NCBI GenBank assembly: GCA_900544615.1
Contig: UQVS01000001.1
Coordinates: forward strand, 22,998-86,997
Direction of reading: 5' to 3'
Origin: an uncultured Oscillibacter sp.
GTDB lineage: Bacteria; Bacillota; Clostridia; Oscillospirales; Oscillospiraceae
Length of the DNA: 64,000 bases
A model generated the notes under the pieces. The model was not told the DNA's origin and ran no database searches. It worked only from the letters and a program-made list of their open reading frames with translations. Both the position numbers and the translations under genes were made by a program. Below, in pieces: positions 30,340 through 39,632 of this stretch (its first letter is position 1; each line of letters starts with the position of its first letter).

Positions 30340-32223
30340 TTATTTCATCAGCTCGCACACCAGATCCGTGTAGCCGGAGGGATCGTCCAGCGGCAGACCG
30401 GCGATCAGCAGTGCCTGATTGTACAGCAGCCTGGCGTACTTCTTCGCCTTTTCCGGGTCGGCAGTGACGGCGGCTTCCAGCGCCGCGAACACAGGATGCT
30501 CCGTGTTCAGTTCCAGAATCCGCTGGGCCTTGATGCCGCTTTCCGGCTGCATCATCTGGAAATACTTTTCCATCTCAAAGCTGAGACCTTCCCCAGCCGT
30601 CAGGCACACGGGATGGGACTTCAGCCGGACAGCGGGCTTCACCTCGCTTACGGCGTCTCCCAGCGTCTCCTTCACGAAGGAGAACACGTCCTTGTGGGCG
30701 TCGGCGGCTTCCTTGGCCTTTTCCTGAGCGGATTCTTCCGCCGCACCGTCCATGGCGGAGCGGAATTCCTTATCCTTGTAGGTACGGAGGATCTGGGCGG
30801 CGAATTCGTCCACCTCCTCCGTGAAGTACAGGATCTCCATGCCCTGATCCTTCAGGGCTTCCAGCTGGGGCAGCTTGTCGATCTTGTCTACTGTCTCACC
30901 GGCGGCGTAGTAAATGACCTTCTGATCCTCCTTCATCCGGGAAACGTACTCGTCCAGCGTCACCAGCTTCTTCTCCGTGGAGGAATAGAACAGCAGCAGA
31001 TCCTGCAAAAGCTCCTTGTGAGCGCCATAGTCTGCGGTGACGCCGTATTTGATCTGGCGGCCGAAGTTCTTCCAGAAGATCTCATAGCTCTCCCGCTCGT
31101 CCTTGAGCATCTTGCCAAGCTCGCTCTTGATCTTCTTTTCCAGATTGGCGGCAATGACTTTCAGCTGCCGGTCATGCTGCAGCAGCTCCCGCGAGATATT
31201 CAGGCTCAGGTCGGGGGAGTCCACCACGCCCCGGACGAACCGGAAATGCTCCGGCAGCAGGTCGGCGCATTTGTCCATGATGAGAACGCCGCTGGAATAG
31301 AGCTGCAATCCCTTTTCGTACTCCTTGGTGTAGTAGTCGAAGGGAGTCTCGCCGGGGATGAACAGCAGCGCCTTATAGGTCACAGCGCCTTCAGCAGACA
31401 CGGTAATGACCCGCTGGGGGTCCTGATATTCATGGAACTTGTCCCGGTAGAACTTGTTGTACTCCTCCGGCTTTACGCTGGACTTCTTCCGCTGCCAGAT
31501 CGGCACCATGGAGTTCAGGGTCTCCACCTCGGAATAAGACTCATACTCCGGCTTGTCGTCGGGGCTGCCCTCCTTTTTCCGGGTCTTGGTGACGGCCATG
31601 CGGATGGGGAAGCGGATATAGTCGGAGTACTTGGTCACAAGCTCCTTCAGCTTCCACTCGTCCAGAAATTCGCTGTAATGCTCGTCCTCGGTGTCGTCCT
31701 TCAGGTGCATAATGACCTCGGTGCCGGCGCTCTCCTTGTCACATTCCGTAATGGTGTAGCCGTCCGCCCCGGAGGACTGCCACTGGTAAGCGGTGTCGCT
31801 GCCGAACTTCCGGGTGCGGACCGTCACCTGATCGCAGACCATGAAGGCAGAATAAAAGCCCACGCCGAACTGGCCGATGACGTCGGTATCCTTGGCGTCG
31901 TCGCCCACTTCCTGCTTGAAGCGGTAGGAGCCGGAGGAGGCGATGACGCCCAGATTGTTCTCCAGATCCTCCTTATCCATACCGATGCCGTTATCCGCCA
32001 CGGTGATGGTGCGGGCATCCTTGTCGGCGCTCAGCTCGATCTTGAAATCTTTCCGGGTCATCTTCACGCTGTCGTCCGTCAGCGCCTGATAGCACAGCTT
32101 GTCGCAGGCGTCGCTGGCGTTGGAAATGATCTCCCGGAGGAAGATCTCCTTGTGGGTGTAGATGGAGTTGATCATCAGATCCAGCAGGCGCTTGGATTCC
32201 GCCTTGAATTGTTTTTTCGCCAT
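30340..32223 (-). CDS. htpG: molecular chaperone HtpG (Hsp90)
   Basis: FKAESKRLLDLMINSIYTHKEIFLREIISNASDA GHKL N-terminus. The ATG is 2 codons inside the track ORF, whose listed start is a TTG. Confidence 0.95.
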   Translation of the reverse strand: MAKKQFKAESKRLLDLMINSIYTHKEIFLREIISNASDACDKLCYQALTDDSVKMTRKDFKIELSADKDARTITVADNGIGMDKEDLENNLGVIASSGSYRFKQEVGDDAKDTDVIGQFGVGFYSAFMVCDQVTVRTRKFGSDTAYQWQSSGADGYTITECDKESAGTEVIMHLKDDTEDEHYSEFLDEWKLKELVTKYSDYIRFPIRMAVTKTRKKEGSPDDKPEYESYSEVETLNSMVPIWQRKKSSVKPEEYNKFYRDKFHEYQDPQRVITVSAEGAVTYKALLFIPGETPFDYYTKEYEKGLQLYSSGVLIMDKCADLLPEHFRFVRGVVDSPDLSLNISRELLQHDRQLKVIAANLEKKIKSELGKMLKDERESYEIFWKNFGRQIKYGVTADYGAHKELLQDLLLFYSSTEKKLVTLDEYVSRMKEDQKVIYYAAGETVDKIDKLPQLEALKDQGMEILYFTEEVDEFAAQILRTYKDKEFRSAMDGAAEESAQEKAKEAADAHKDVFSFVKETLGDAVSEVKPAVRLKSHPVCLTAGEGLSFEMEKYFQMMQPESGIKAQRILELNTEHPVFAALEAAVTADPEKAKKYARLLYNQALLIAGLPLDDPSGYTDLVCELMK

Positions 32224-32410
32224 GAACAAAACACTTCCTTTTTGTTTTTTCTTATCGAATATGATTTTAGCACGGAAGTTCCCGGAAAGAAATTACTTTT
32301 TTGTAAACTTCACACCCGAACCGTTGCCTTTCCCTGACCTTTCCGTTAAAATGTGAAGGTAAACAGTTTTGGTATCCTGACGGATGCCAGTGGAAAGAGG
32401 CAGCAGACGT

Positions 32411-32833
32411 ATGTTTTATAAATTCAGATGCGCCATGGCGCGGTTTATGTACGGGCGGAACGGCATGGATCAGATGAATCAGGCGCTCCTGCGGGGCTAC
32501 ATCGGGATCCTTCTGGCCGAGATTCTCTTTAATCTCCTGCGGCTGCGGATGCCTGCCATCGCCTGTGAAGCACTGCTCTGGGTGCTGATGGTTTTCATTC
32601 TCTTCCGAATGTTCTCCAAGAACCTGCCCAAGCGGCGGGAGGAGAACCAGAAGTTCATGAACTGGTTCTGGAAGATCAAAAGCAACGCCGCCGGAGCCAA
32701 GGCCCGCCGGGCGGACAGGGATCACAAGTACTTCACCTGCAAGTGCGGCGCCGTGTGCCGTGTGCCGGTGGGCAAGGGAAAAATCGTCATCACCTGCCCC
32801 AAGTGTGGGGAGAAGATCCACGCGAAAACGTAA
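32411..32833 (+). CDS. small membrane protein with C-terminal CxxC...CxxC zinc ribbon
   Basis: Two TM helices then CKCGAVC...CPKCGEKIH. RBS GGAAAGAGG 10 nt before the chosen ATG. Confidence 0.55.
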   Translation: MFYKFRCAMARFMYGRNGMDQMNQALLRGYIGILLAEILFNLLRLRMPAIACEALLWVLMVFILFRMFSKNLPKRREENQKFMNWFWKIKSNAAGAKARRADRDHKYFTCKCGAVCRVPVGKGKIVITCPKCGEKIHAKT

Positions 32834-32875
32834 GAAGAAGCCCGGAGGATGCAGCATCCTCCGGGCTTCTTTTTG
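32834..32875. terminator. bidirectional terminator
   Basis: GAAGCCCGGAGGATGC-AGC-ATCCTCCGGGCTTC followed by TTTTTG. Confidence 0.85.
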
Positions 32876-32899
32876 ATGTTGGATCCGCGCCGCGCACTT

Positions 32900-34855
32900 T
32901 TATTCCACGGTCTGGTATTTCAGCTTGTAATAACTCCAGCAGCGCCACTTGTGTACGGCGTCCTTCAGCGCTGCTGCGGCCTCGTCGGTCTGCTCGTTCA
33001 GGATCCGCTGGGGCAGCACGGTGCCGTCCGCCAGAATGTAGGTTTTTTTCTGCACCACCGGCGCTGTCCGCCGCAGGGAACCCAGAAAGTCGAACCACGG
33101 ATCTTCCCCGGTGCGGCCGGTGAGATCCAGCAGGGTACTGCCAAGGAAGGCGGCGGAGATGACCCCGTCCTCCGGCAGCTCCAGAGAAGCCACAGCGCTG
33201 TCCCAGTCCAGTGTCTCCGCCGCGGCGCTGTTGGCCCAGATCACATAGGGCGTCTTATAGGAGCAGAGAATGTCCGTTCGGTCGTTTTCGGCAGCCGCCA
33301 CCTCGGAACCAAGCTCCGCGTAGCCCTTCTGGTTATCCCCCAGATAGGGCAGATGGTCGCCGTAGAACACCAGCACCACCGGCTCGCCGCGCTCCTCAAA
33401 ATAGGCGGTCAGGCGTCCCAGCATGGCGTCGGCGTCCCGGACGCCCTCCGTATAGACCTCCAGCATGGTGCGGGTCTCGTCGGAGATGTCCGCCGTGGTG
33501 GAAATGGGCGCAAAGGTGTGGCCCTCGCCGTACTTGTCGGCGGTGTAGCTCATGTGGTTCTGGATGGTGGTGGTGTAATTGAAGAGGGGGCGTCCCTCCG
33601 CCACGGCGGTTTCAAATTCCTGCTCGATCTGGCCCGCCATATAGTCGTCCGTGACCCAGCGGCCCTTGTATTCCAGGTTTTCCATATCTCTGGAAAAGGC
33701 CTCATATTCCGCCCCCAGCCAGCGGTAGACATTTTCCCGGTTGTAGAACCAGGCGTCGCCGGGGTGATAGAACGAAGTGCGGTAGCCGTCGGCGCCGAAC
33801 ACCCGGAACAGGCTGTCCAGATTCCGATTCACCACCCGCATGGCGGAGGTGGTGGTGGCGGAGAGGGCATTGGTCTGCATACCCGTCAGTACGTCAAACT
33901 CCGTGTTGGCAGTGCCGCCGGCAAAGCCGGGAACCACGATATGTCCGGAAACGGCGTGAGGATCGTTTTGCAGCGCGTGGAGGTTGGGCAGGGGATCAGT
34001 CTCCTCCGTCCAGTCGAACATGGGCTGATCCGTGATGTCGGAGAACGCCTCGTTCATCACCATGATGATGCTGACGTCCTGCCCCAGTCCCGTCTGCTCC
34101 CCGGTTTCCCACCCGGCGGCTTCTGATTTGGAGAAGCCCTCCGGCCTGTCCACAGGGTAGGTGGTGAACTGGTGGCAGAAGCAGTAGGGAAAGCCCAGCT
34201 CGTTGAATACGGAGGGGACATAGTAGGCGTTGCTGACATGGAAAGAGTTATAGAGATCGTTGCTGGCATACACCGTAAAGATCAGGGCCGTCAGCACGCC
34301 GAAGCTGAGGACTGCACCGATGATCCGTTCCGGCCAGCAGCGGCCGGGGAGCACGGCTGCGGCATCCTTTTTTACCTTTGCTTTCAGCACGGCAAACGAC
34401 ACCGGACGACTGGTAACAAACACCCCCAGCGCCGCCAGCAGCGCCGTGGTCAGGACCACAAGGGCAATGGCCGTCACCGGGTAGCGGATGTCGTAGGTCT
34501 GCATGGCGCTGCCCACTTCCCGCACCAGCGCAAAGTCCCGCGGGAACACCGGCTCGTCCCGCACCTCGATTTTGACCCGGTTGAAAAGGGAGAGGGCGCA
34601 GACGAAAAAGTTCACCAGTGCTGCGCCGTAAAAGACATTTTTGAATAGAAACGCAAAGGTCAGCAGCAAAAGCCCCACCGGCAGGGCGTTCAGCACGATC
34701 AGCAGAGGCTGGGATCTGAAAATGACCAGCACCGTCCGCAGCGCGTTGGGCTGGCACCACAGGGCCAGCAGGGTGATACAGCCTGCCAACAGCACGGCCA
34801 GCAGCAGACTGCCCCACAGGGGAAGGGTAAATTTATGAATCCGCTTTTCTTTCAA
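32900..34855 (-). CDS. LTA synthase family protein (LtaS-like sulfatase-domain phosphoglycerol transferase)
   Basis: Five N-terminal TM helices plus an extracellular alkaline-phosphatase/sulfatase-like domain. TTG start. Confidence 0.8.
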   Translation of the reverse strand: MKEKRIHKFTLPLWGSLLLAVLLAGCITLLALWCQPNALRTVLVIFRSQPLLIVLNALPVGLLLLTFAFLFKNVFYGAALVNFFVCALSLFNRVKIEVRDEPVFPRDFALVREVGSAMQTYDIRYPVTAIALVVLTTALLAALGVFVTSRPVSFAVLKAKVKKDAAAVLPGRCWPERIIGAVLSFGVLTALIFTVYASNDLYNSFHVSNAYYVPSVFNELGFPYCFCHQFTTYPVDRPEGFSKSEAAGWETGEQTGLGQDVSIIMVMNEAFSDITDQPMFDWTEETDPLPNLHALQNDPHAVSGHIVVPGFAGGTANTEFDVLTGMQTNALSATTTSAMRVVNRNLDSLFRVFGADGYRTSFYHPGDAWFYNRENVYRWLGAEYEAFSRDMENLEYKGRWVTDDYMAGQIEQEFETAVAEGRPLFNYTTTIQNHMSYTADKYGEGHTFAPISTTADISDETRTMLEVYTEGVRDADAMLGRLTAYFEERGEPVVLVFYGDHLPYLGDNQKGYAELGSEVAAAENDRTDILCSYKTPYVIWANSAAAETLDWDSAVASLELPEDGVISAAFLGSTLLDLTGRTGEDPWFDFLGSLRRTAPVVQKKTYILADGTVLPQRILNEQTDEAAAALKDAVHKWRCWSYYKLKYQTVE

Positions 34856-34969
34856 AATGACAAATCCTTTCCGAAAAAATCATATCCCTATTATATGAAT
34901 TCGGCGGAAAATTGCAAGTGTGACGCAGGACATCCCCTGCAAACGGCTGTTTCCGCAGGTGGAAAGGGA

Positions 34970-34998
34970 TTGACTTCCCTTCGGGAAGATGCTACACT
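34970..34998 (+). promoter_or_regulatory. promoter TTGACT-17-TACACT for the cysK leader
   Basis: A near-consensus -35 and -10 with an exact 17-nt spacer. Confidence 0.6.
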
Positions 34999-35007
34999 GA
35001 ATATATT

Positions 35008-35158
35008 ATGAAACAGAATGAGTGGAAAACCTGTTGTTGTAAGACACAGGACGGCTGAACTGCCAGAAGCAGACACAGGCGTCCGTTTTCGTGTGCCTGT
35101 GTCTTGCATGAGGAGCTTTCAAAAGCGGTGTGCAAGAAAACGCACACCGCTCTTTTTA
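35008..35158 (+). promoter_or_regulatory. candidate cysteine-responsive attenuator: 16-codon leader ORF MKQNEWKTCCCKTQDG (three consecutive TGT codons), alternative stems, intrinsic terminator
   Basis: ATG at 35008, TGT TGT TGT at 35032-35040, stop at 35056. AAGACACAGG (35041-50) and AGACACAGGC (35072-81) are both complementary to GCCTGTGTCTT (35096-35106). The terminator AGCGGTGTGC-AAGAAAAC-GCACACCGCT plus CTTTTTAT is at 35124-35158, ~60 nt before cysK. Confidence 0.55.
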
Positions 35159-35217
35159 TCTATGCGGCGTCCAAATCTCATCATCCATCTTATCGATCAT
35201 ATTGAGGAGAATGTGCT

Positions 35218-36186
35218 ATGAACTTTACGCATCTGGTTGGAAACACCCCCATGATCCGCATCCGCTACAGGCTGGACGGACAGGAGCAGTCCGTCTGGGC
35301 CAAGCTGGAGGCCTATAACCTCTCCGGCAGCATCAAGGATCGGCTGGCGGCCCATGTGATTGCCAAATCCACCGCCAACGGCACGCTGAAGCCGGGGCAG
35401 CCCATTGTGGAGATGACCAGCGGCAACACCGGCATTGCATTTGCCGCGCTGGGCGCGCTGACAAAGCACCCCGTTCATATCTTCATGCCGGACTGGGCCA
35501 GCGAGGAGCGGAAAAAGCTGATGGCCATGTACGGGGCCGTGCTGCATCTGGTTTCCCGCAAGGAGGGCGGCTTCAATGCCGCCTTGCAGGGCGCGAAAGA
35601 CATGGCGGAGGAGATCGGCGCGTTCCAACCCCGTCAGTTTGAAAATCAGGACAATCCGGAGGCCCACTATCTCACCACCGGCGTGGAGATTCTGCGGCAG
35701 CTGCCCGGCGTCACGGACTTCGTGGCAGGCGTCGGCTCCGGCGGTACCCTGATGGGCACCGCCCGGCGGCTGAAAGAGGCCGGACAGTGCCGGGCCGTTG
35801 CCGTGGAGCCGGATGCAGCCGCGCTGCTTACCGGCGGCACTGTTACCGGGCCGCACCGCATTGAGGGCATCGGAGACGATTTCATCCCCGCCGTAGTAGA
35901 CCCCACCCTGATCGACCATATAGCGGACATCAACGATCTGGACGCCATCGCCATGGCTGCCAAGATCGGCCGGGTGCTGGGTCTGGGTGTGGGGATCTCC
36001 TCCGGCGCAAACTTTCTGGGTGCGGTTCTTCAGAACCGGCAGCCGGGACGGCAGGTGGCCACCGTGTTTGCCGACGACAGCAAGAAGTACCTTACCACCC
36101 TGCTGGCCACGCCGCCGGCAGAAACGTCGGGGATGGTGACCTCCCGCATCGAACTGCTGGGCTATGAGCCGGTGGAGACCCGGTAA
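35218..36186 (+). CDS. cysK: PLP-dependent cysteine synthase (O-acetylserine sulfhydrylase, CysK/CysM family)
   Basis: PLP-lysine in GSIKDRLA and the glycine-rich GVGSGGT loop. RBS GAGGAG. Confidence 0.88.
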   Translation: MNFTHLVGNTPMIRIRYRLDGQEQSVWAKLEAYNLSGSIKDRLAAHVIAKSTANGTLKPGQPIVEMTSGNTGIAFAALGALTKHPVHIFMPDWASEERKKLMAMYGAVLHLVSRKEGGFNAALQGAKDMAEEIGAFQPRQFENQDNPEAHYLTTGVEILRQLPGVTDFVAGVGSGGTLMGTARRLKEAGQCRAVAVEPDAAALLTGGTVTGPHRIEGIGDDFIPAVVDPTLIDHIADINDLDAIAMAAKIGRVLGLGVGISSGANFLGAVLQNRQPGRQVATVFADDSKKYLTTLLATPPAETSGMVTSRIELLGYEPVETR

Positions 36187-36288
36187 GGCTTTTTCCACGC
36201 TGAGGTGTTTCTCCTCTTGCGGGGGCGGAGAAAGCGTGTTAAAATCTCCTTTGATATAACAAAATCAGACAGAGGAGCGCAGCGCATG

Positions 36289-36942
36289 ATTCGTACCGTT
36301 TTATTTGATCTGGACGGCACCTTGACGGACTCACGCGAGGGGATCGTCAACTCCGTAAAATACACTGTGGAAAAGCTGGGCGGCCCCATGCCGGATCCGC
36401 AAACCCTGCTGAAATTCATCGGCCCTCCTTTACAGGAATCCTTTATGGAGTACTGCGGCTACAGCCGGGAAAAGGCTGTGGAGGGCGTGCAGGTGTTCCG
36501 GGAGCAGTATGTGCCGGTGGGGCAGTATGAAAACGCAGCGGTGGCCGGCGGCAGGGAGCTGCTGGAACGGCTGAAAGCCAAAGGATACACGCTGGCGCTG
36601 GCCTCCTCCAAGCCGGAGGAGCTGTGCGTCAGCATCTGCGCCCGGTTCGGTTTCACCCCCTCGCTTGCCGCCGTCACCGGCAGCCCTGCCGGTGCGGACT
36701 GGGGAAAGGCCGACGTGATCCGGGAGGCCATGCGCCGTCTGGGACTGACGGATGCGGATAAGCCTGCGATTCTGATGGTAGGCGACCGGAAATACGATGT
36801 GCTGGGCGCTGCGGAATGCGGCATTGCCTGCGTAGGCGTGGAGTTCTTCGGCTACGCCGCCCCCGGCGAACTGGCGGAGGCCGGCGCGGCAGCGGTGGTT
36901 CAAACGCCGGAGGAACTGGAAGATTACATTCTGAATCACTGA
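36289..36942 (+). CDS. HAD-IA family hydrolase (phosphatase)
   Basis: LFDLDGTLTDS motif I and GD(R)xYD motif IV. Start at MIRTV (RBS GAGGAG). It is co-directional with cysK and follows it closely. Confidence 0.75.
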   Translation: MRTVLFDLDGTLTDSREGIVNSVKYTVEKLGGPMPDPQTLLKFIGPPLQESFMEYCGYSREKAVEGVQVFREQYVPVGQYENAAVAGGRELLERLKAKGYTLALASSKPEELCVSICARFGFTPSLAAVTGSPAGADWGKADVIREAMRRLGLTDADKPAILMVGDRKYDVLGAAECGIACVGVEFFGYAAPGELAEAGAAAVVQTPEELEDYILNH

Positions 36943-36947
36943 AACCC

Positions 36948-36978
36948 GCAGGACAGGCCAGACAGCCTGTCCTGTTTT
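36948..36978 (+). terminator. rho-independent terminator
   Basis: CAGGACAGGC-CAGACA-GCCTGTCCTG followed by TTTTAT. Confidence 0.8.
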
Positions 36979-37108
36979 ATACGGAAAATTCCACATTTCT
37001 CCCCAAAATCAGAAAAGGTTGTTTACAATCCGCAGGGAAATTACTATAATGTAAGGACATTTGCTCCAGGAGCAAGACACCTCAAAAAAGACCCGTCTGG
37101 AGGCAGCC

Positions 37109-37500
37109 ATGCCCGATATCCGATCTATTGAGCCGCTGCGGCGGCGCATCTGTTCCATCATCGACATCGGAACAGCGGATGATTTCATCAGCCGCGCCTA
37201 CGATATCTTCTACACGCTGGTGATTCTGGTAAACCTTGCCGTCACCATCGCCTACACATTCGATGGGGCGGAAGCCCGCTGCGGCGGGCTGCTGCTGGAC
37301 ATTGAGGCCGCTACGGTGGCCTTTTTTGCGGCGGACTGCGCCCTGCGTATCTGGACATTTCCCGGCAGACCGTCATCGTCATGATTCGCCGCCGGGGACG
37401 GATGCTGATCCCCCGCGGCAGTCTGGTTCTGCTGGAGGGCGATCAGGTCATTTTCTATTCGCAATCCCATCTGCCCCACGGGCAGGATATTTCAATTTAA
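37109..37500 (+). pseudogene. remnant of a K+ channel/ion-transport protein gene with large internal deletion and frameshift (N-terminal TM helices fused to the last ~35 aa of an RCK_C/TrkA_C domain)
   Basis: Frame A encodes MPDIRSIEPLRRRICSIIDIGT...FYTLVILVNLAVTIAYTF...VAFFAADCALRIW then stops. Frame B continues ...RQTVIVMIRRRGRMLIPRGSLVLLEGDQVIFYSQSHL with its stop at 37498-37500. A strong promoter TTTACA-17-TATAAT at 37023-37051 is retained. Confidence 0.55.
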
Positions 37501-37512
37501 GGAGGCCTCTTT

Positions 37513-38124
37513 ATGGCTGACGATATGCGAACCCTGGGCTATATCTGCCCCCAATGCGGTGCACCAGTCATGGGCGCCCGCTCCATTTTTGCTCTGGAAG
37601 CGTCTGATGCGGAAATCGAGTGTTCCTGCGGCGGCAGCGTTCTGCACACAAGATACGACGGGCAGAATTACCGGCTGCTGGTTCCCTGCGGCGTCTGCGG
37701 CAAAACTCATGAGGCCGTCTGTCCGCCGGAGCGGATGCTCCGGGGCGCTACTGCTCTCAGCTGCCCGGACAGCAGGCAGTTCTGCTGCTTTATCGGGGAG
37801 GAAGGCACTGTGGAGCATCATCTCCGGGAGGCCGACATCGCCATCTCCAAGGAAAAGGCGCAGGAGAGTAATGGTGAAGCGGAGGCGTTTACAGACAATG
37901 TGATCATGTACGAATTTCTCTCGGAGCTGAAGGATATCGCCGCCCGGCCGGACGGCATTACGTGCAGTTGCGGCAGCCGCCGCTACAGCATGGAGATCCG
38001 CCGGGATGCGGTGGAGCTGGTGTGCAGGGACTGTGGCGCCCGGCTGCGGCTCAGCGCCGCAACTGACCGGGATCTGGACGATCTCTGCTGCCACATGAAG
38101 CTGGTCATTCCGGGGAAGCAGTAA
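37513..38124 (+). CDS. cysteine-rich hypothetical protein with two tandem multi-CxxC zinc-ribbon modules
   Basis: RBS AGGAGG 8 nt upstream. Paired motifs CPQCG, CSCGG, CGVCG, and CSCGS, CRDCG. 203 aa with no TM segment. Confidence 0.6.
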   Translation: MADDMRTLGYICPQCGAPVMGARSIFALEASDAEIECSCGGSVLHTRYDGQNYRLLVPCGVCGKTHEAVCPPERMLRGATALSCPDSRQFCCFIGEEGTVEHHLREADIAISKEKAQESNGEAEAFTDNVIMYEFLSELKDIAARPDGITCSCGSRRYSMEIRRDAVELVCRDCGARLRLSAATDRDLDDLCCHMKLVIPGKQ

Positions 38125-38196
38125 CCGGCTCATCCCGCCCGCTCCGCCTGCGGAACAGCAAGTGGAACGGGCCATGAACAGAAAGGGGTACGCTGC

Positions 38197-39360
38197 ATGA
38201 TCTCATTTTTAGCGCGTTTTTTCTGCAAGCCGGAGGGCAGGACTCCCTCTCAGCTGCGGACTGCTTACGGTATTCTCTGCGGTGCGGTGGGGATCGGCCT
38301 GAATCTACTGCTCTTTGCCGGGAAGTTCTTTGCCGGAACCCTCTCCGGCTCCATTGCCATCACAGCGGACGCATTCAACAACCTGTCCGACGCCGGTTCC
38401 TCCGTGGTGACGCTGCTGGGCTTCCGCATCGCCGCCAAAATGCCGGATCCAGACCACCCCTTCGGCCACGGCCGAGCGGAATATCTCTCCGGGCTGGCGG
38501 TCTCCATGCTGATCCTGCTGATGGGCGTGGAGCTGGCCAAGGAGTCCGTCGGGAAGATCCTGCACCCCACGCTGGTGGATTTCAGCTGGCTGGTGATTGG
38601 GATTCTGGCGGTGTCCATCTGCGTGAAACTGTATATGGCAGTATACAACCGCTCCATCGGCAAACGGCTGAACGCCCCGGTTCTGCTGGCCGCTGCCACG
38701 GACTCGCTCAGCGACTGCGTGTCCACCCTTGCCGTGTTGCTCGCCACACTGGTGGGGCATTTCTCCGGCATCGCCATTGACGGCTGGGTGGGTATTCTGG
38801 TGGCGCTGTTTATCCTCAAGGGCGGGATCGACGCCGCAAAGGATACCATCGATCCCCTGCTTGGCACGCCGCCTACGCCGGAATTCGTCAGGGAGGTGCA
38901 GGAGCTGGTGCTGGCGCACAGGGAAGTCTCCGGGATCCACGATCTGGTGGTACACGACTACGGCCCAGGCCGGGTGATGATCTCCCTCCATGCGGAGGTG
39001 CCTGCTTCCGGCAGCGTCATGGAACTGCATGACACCATTGACAACATTGAGCAGGAGCTGCATCGGAAGCTGGGCTGTGAGGCCGTGATTCACATGGATC
39101 CCATTGTGGACGATGACGGCGCTACCGCTGCCGTCCGGGCGCAGGTGGAAGAACTGGTCAACTGTATCGACCCGGTTATGACCCTTCACGATTTTCGTAT
39201 GGTTCCCGGCCCAACCCACACCAATCTGATTTTTGATGTTGCGGCCCCCTTCGGGTTCCGCCTCAGCGATCAGGAGATTGTCCGGCAGATCTGCGCTCTG
39301 GTGCAGTCGCTGGACAGCCGCTACAACGCCGTGGTCCACGTGGATCACATCTACAGCTGA
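38197..39360 (+). CDS. cation diffusion facilitator (CDF) family divalent metal efflux transporter
   Basis: Six TM helices with D-rich metal sites (ITADAFNNLSDAGSS; DHPFGHGRAEY) and a C-terminal cytoplasmic domain. Confidence 0.85.
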   Translation: MISFLARFFCKPEGRTPSQLRTAYGILCGAVGIGLNLLLFAGKFFAGTLSGSIAITADAFNNLSDAGSSVVTLLGFRIAAKMPDPDHPFGHGRAEYLSGLAVSMLILLMGVELAKESVGKILHPTLVDFSWLVIGILAVSICVKLYMAVYNRSIGKRLNAPVLLAAATDSLSDCVSTLAVLLATLVGHFSGIAIDGWVGILVALFILKGGIDAAKDTIDPLLGTPPTPEFVREVQELVLAHREVSGIHDLVVHDYGPGRVMISLHAEVPASGSVMELHDTIDNIEQELHRKLGCEAVIHMDPIVDDDGATAAVRAQVEELVNCIDPVMTLHDFRMVPGPTHTNLIFDVAAPFGFRLSDQEIVRQICALVQSLDSRYNAVVHVDHIYS

Positions 39361-39487
39361 CAAAACGGCGGCCCGGAAACGGGCCGTCGTTTCTGCTGCC
39401 GGAGGGAATTTGAACAGCTACAGGCCGCGCGGAGAACAGATTTTCCCGCTGTCTGCCCTGCAAATTGGAATTTTGCAAAAATGGCAC

Positions 39488-39516
39488 TTTACAATTTCCG
39501 AAAAGGTTGCTATAAT
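39488..39516 (+). promoter_or_regulatory. strong promoter TTTACA-17-TATAAT driving the tRNA locus
   Basis: Exact 17-nt spacer and a consensus -10, ~14 nt before the tRNA-like fragment. Confidence 0.65.
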
Positions 39517-39529
39517 AAAAAAGCTGTTT

Positions 39530-39579
39530 GGGCCCGTAGCTCAGTTGGGAGAGCAAGCTATCCGCAGAGCAGGCCCACC
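39530..39579 (+). other. truncated tRNA-like element (acceptor 5' arm + D-arm joined directly to acceptor 3' arm + CC; anticodon and T arms absent)
   Basis: GGGCCCGTAGCTCAGTTGGGAGAGCA followed by AGCTATCCGCAGAGCAGGCCCACC. The 5' and 3' acceptor halves pair at 6 of 7 positions, but there are only 50 nt in total. Confidence 0.5.
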
Positions 39580-39632
39580 GCTTTTGGTATCTTGCATAAT
39601 GCAAGACCTAAAATTGTATATTTCCACAATTT

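Noticed and set aside
35018-35221. 67-aa ORF covering the cysK leader
   Set aside because: It runs straight through the intrinsic terminator hairpin and into the cysK RBS and has no SD. The 16-codon Cys-rich ORF in another frame is the more plausible translated element.
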